Of a DNA stretch of 27,955 nt, positions 26,914-27,955 are shown piece by piece. The notes below the pieces were generated by a model. The model was not told the DNA's origin and ran no database searches. It saw only the letters and a program-made list of their open reading frames with translations. Position 1 is the stretch's first letter. The number at the start of each line of letters is the position of its first letter. Made by a program: the position numbers and the translations under genes. The stretch is from positions 1 through 27,955 of IMG/VR virus record IMGVR_UViG_3300034096_000658, one strand, 5' to 3'. This DNA is from a virus. Lineage: Duplodnaviria; Caudoviricetes.

Positions 26914-27156
26914 TTAACCACCACTCTCAGCACACCCACTACCACAATTAACATTATTTGTTGATGATTGACCATAAATTGTTCTTGGTGATCTCTGTAC
27001 ACCTGGTCTTTTTATTTTTAAAATTATTAAATCGTCGGGGTGTACTGGGTTTGCAGTTACCATTGTAGCACCAACTAAAGTAATAAATTCATCAAATAAA
27101 AATGGGCTACAACATGTACGATTAGCAGTACCACAACAACATGATTTTTTAGGCAT
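26914..27156 (-). CDS. Small Cys-rich protein (MPKKSCCCG...)
   Basis: 80 aa, first gene after a perfect late promoter; same frame as the giant ORF. Confidence 0.7.
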   Translation of the reverse strand: MPKKSCCCGTANRTCCSPFLFDEFITLVGATMVTANPVHPDDLIILKIKRPGVQRSPRTIYGQSSTNNVNCGSGCAESGG

Positions 27157-27173
27157 AATAAGGTCTCACATCT

Positions 27174-27181
27174 TATTTATA
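27174..27181 (-). promoter_or_regulatory. T4 late promoter TATAAATA for the Cys-rich operon
   Basis: Exact consensus, 17 nt before the ATG at 27156, immediately after a terminator. Confidence 0.8.
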
Positions 27182-27186
27182 CCCAT

Positions 27187-27221
27187 AAAACAACAAAGGC
27201 TCCCAGAAGGAGCCTTTGTTG
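27187..27221 (-). terminator. Rho-independent terminator after the wHTH gene
   Basis: 13-bp perfect inverted repeat CAACAAAGGCTCC / GGAGCCTTTGTTG with 5-nt loop, followed by TTTT on the minus strand. Confidence 0.85.
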
Positions 27222-27240
27222 CAAATAAATTAGTCAAATT

Positions 27241-27477
27241 TTACCGACTACGAGAGCGAACTACTCGATAGTGTGCACGACCCTTAATGGTCTCACAAAC
27301 TACGGTATACTTCAGATCCATGCGATCAAAAGCCTCACGAAGGTTACTCATAGTTGCGCGCATATTTGCAACCTTAAAACGCTTACGAGCCTCGCACGCA
27401 TTCAGGGGGGTACCTGAGCGCATATAATCAAACACCTTCTGAATCTTCGTCGGACGGTCAACAGTAGTAATATCCAT
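27241..27477 (-). CDS. Small basic winged helix-turn-helix DNA-binding protein
   Basis: TKIQKVFDYMRSGTPLNACEARKRFKVANMRATMSNLR followed by two beta-strands; GAAAGGA RBS, own promoter and terminator. Confidence 0.75.
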   Translation of the reverse strand: MDITTVDRPTKIQKVFDYMRSGTPLNACEARKRFKVANMRATMSNLREAFDRMDLKYTVVCETIKGRAHYRVVRSRSR

Positions 27478-27508
27478 AGAACTTTCCTTTCTTATAAGAA
27501 GTTGCTAT

Positions 27509-27536
27509 ACTATACACTCTAGATTTAACCTGTCAA
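27509..27536 (-). promoter_or_regulatory. sigma70-type promoter TTGACA-N16-TATAGT
   Basis: Minus strand TTGACAggttaaatctagagtgTATAGTat; an alternative -10 TAGTAT at 18-bp spacing is also possible. Confidence 0.7.
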
Positions 27537-27544
27537 GTGATTAT

Positions 27545-27552
27545 TATAAATA
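27545..27552 (+). promoter_or_regulatory. T4 late promoter TATAAATA
   Basis: Exact consensus upstream of the GAGGAGG RBS of the last ORF. Confidence 0.7.
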
Positions 27553-27573
27553 ATAATGACTGAGGAGGGCTTT

Positions 27574-27955
27574 ATGGAACAGAAGAGTCATCAGTTTATA
27601 AAATTTGTACGCAAACATCTTGCCCAATATGGCATGAAACTTATACTTGGACGCGGTAAATGCGTCAATGTAGACGGTTTTCGCTGTTCTGGGTGCTTTG
27701 ATGAGTCTGGAAAGGCGATTCGGATAGCCAGACATTGTAATGAATTTTTACATGTTCTAGTTCATGAATATTGTCATTTTTTACAGTACATTAATAGCAG
27801 TAAAGTGTATGAAAAGTCATATAAAGCCTCAAATATTGTAGATGGATGGTTAAAAGGTAAAAATTATGCGGCTAAAGATGTTAAAAGGGCATTTTTTATC
27901 GTTCGTTCAATGGAAAGAGACTGTGAAAAACGAGCAGTTCGTTTAATAAATGAAT
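27574..27955 (+). CDS. HExxH zinc metallopeptidase-like protein (ImmA/IrrE-like), runs off the window
   Basis: Not in the ORF track. Manual translation MEQKSHQFIKFVRKHL...CSGCFDE...FLHVLVHEYCHFLQ...MERDCEKRA; GAGGAGG RBS; in-frame upstream ATG at 27556. Confidence 0.75.
   Translation, partial: MEQKSHQFIKFVRKHLAQYGMKLILGRGKCVNVDGFRCSGCFDESGKAIRIARHCNEFLHVLVHEYCHFLQYINSSKVYEKSYKASNIVDGWLKGKNYAAKDVKRAFFIVRSMERDCEKRAVRLINE

Noticed and set aside
1-27955. CRISPR arrays, tRNA or rRNA genes, diversity-generating retroelement repeats, and a specific host assignment
   Set aside because: Intergenic gaps are too short for such RNA genes or arrays, I saw no spaced direct repeats, template/variable repeat pair or reverse transcriptase, and nothing in the window identifies the host.

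Overview
AT-rich segment of a T4-like (T4 superfamily) myophage genome. It carries the virion morphogenesis core: portal gp20 (cut by the left edge), two tandem gp19-type tube genes, a short gp18 sheath, terminase gp17/gp16, gp15, gp14, gp13, small gp7/gp6-like wedge genes, gp25, a gp27-like hub apparently split over two ORFs, gp53, gp48, gp4, a gp54-like gene, and gp26/gp51. To the right lie gp32 (SSB), gp33 and an accessory block: Gly/Thr-rich proteins, an Sm-like protein, Cys-rich proteins, an 1844-aa Cys-rich RCC1-repeat protein, a winged-HTH protein and a HExxH peptidase-like ORF cut by the right edge. The strongest unusual signals are: (1) the gp51 frame has no canonical start before its conserved motif and is reachable from gp26 by a -1 shift on a T TTT TTT heptamer, like lambda G/GT; (2) the next gene, where a tape measure would be expected, is only 166 aa, and with the reduced sheath and wedge, duplicated tube and no gp5 spike in the window this suggests a miniaturised or re-engineered tail; (3) a G-(hydrophobic)-T motif recurs in virion proteins but is nearly absent from portal, terminase and SSB; (4) several late promoters sit 6-8 nt from the ATG (near-leaderless mRNAs) and three sigma70-type promoters all fit a 16-bp spacer. 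All family calls come from motif recognition by eye and gene order; no database searches were run.
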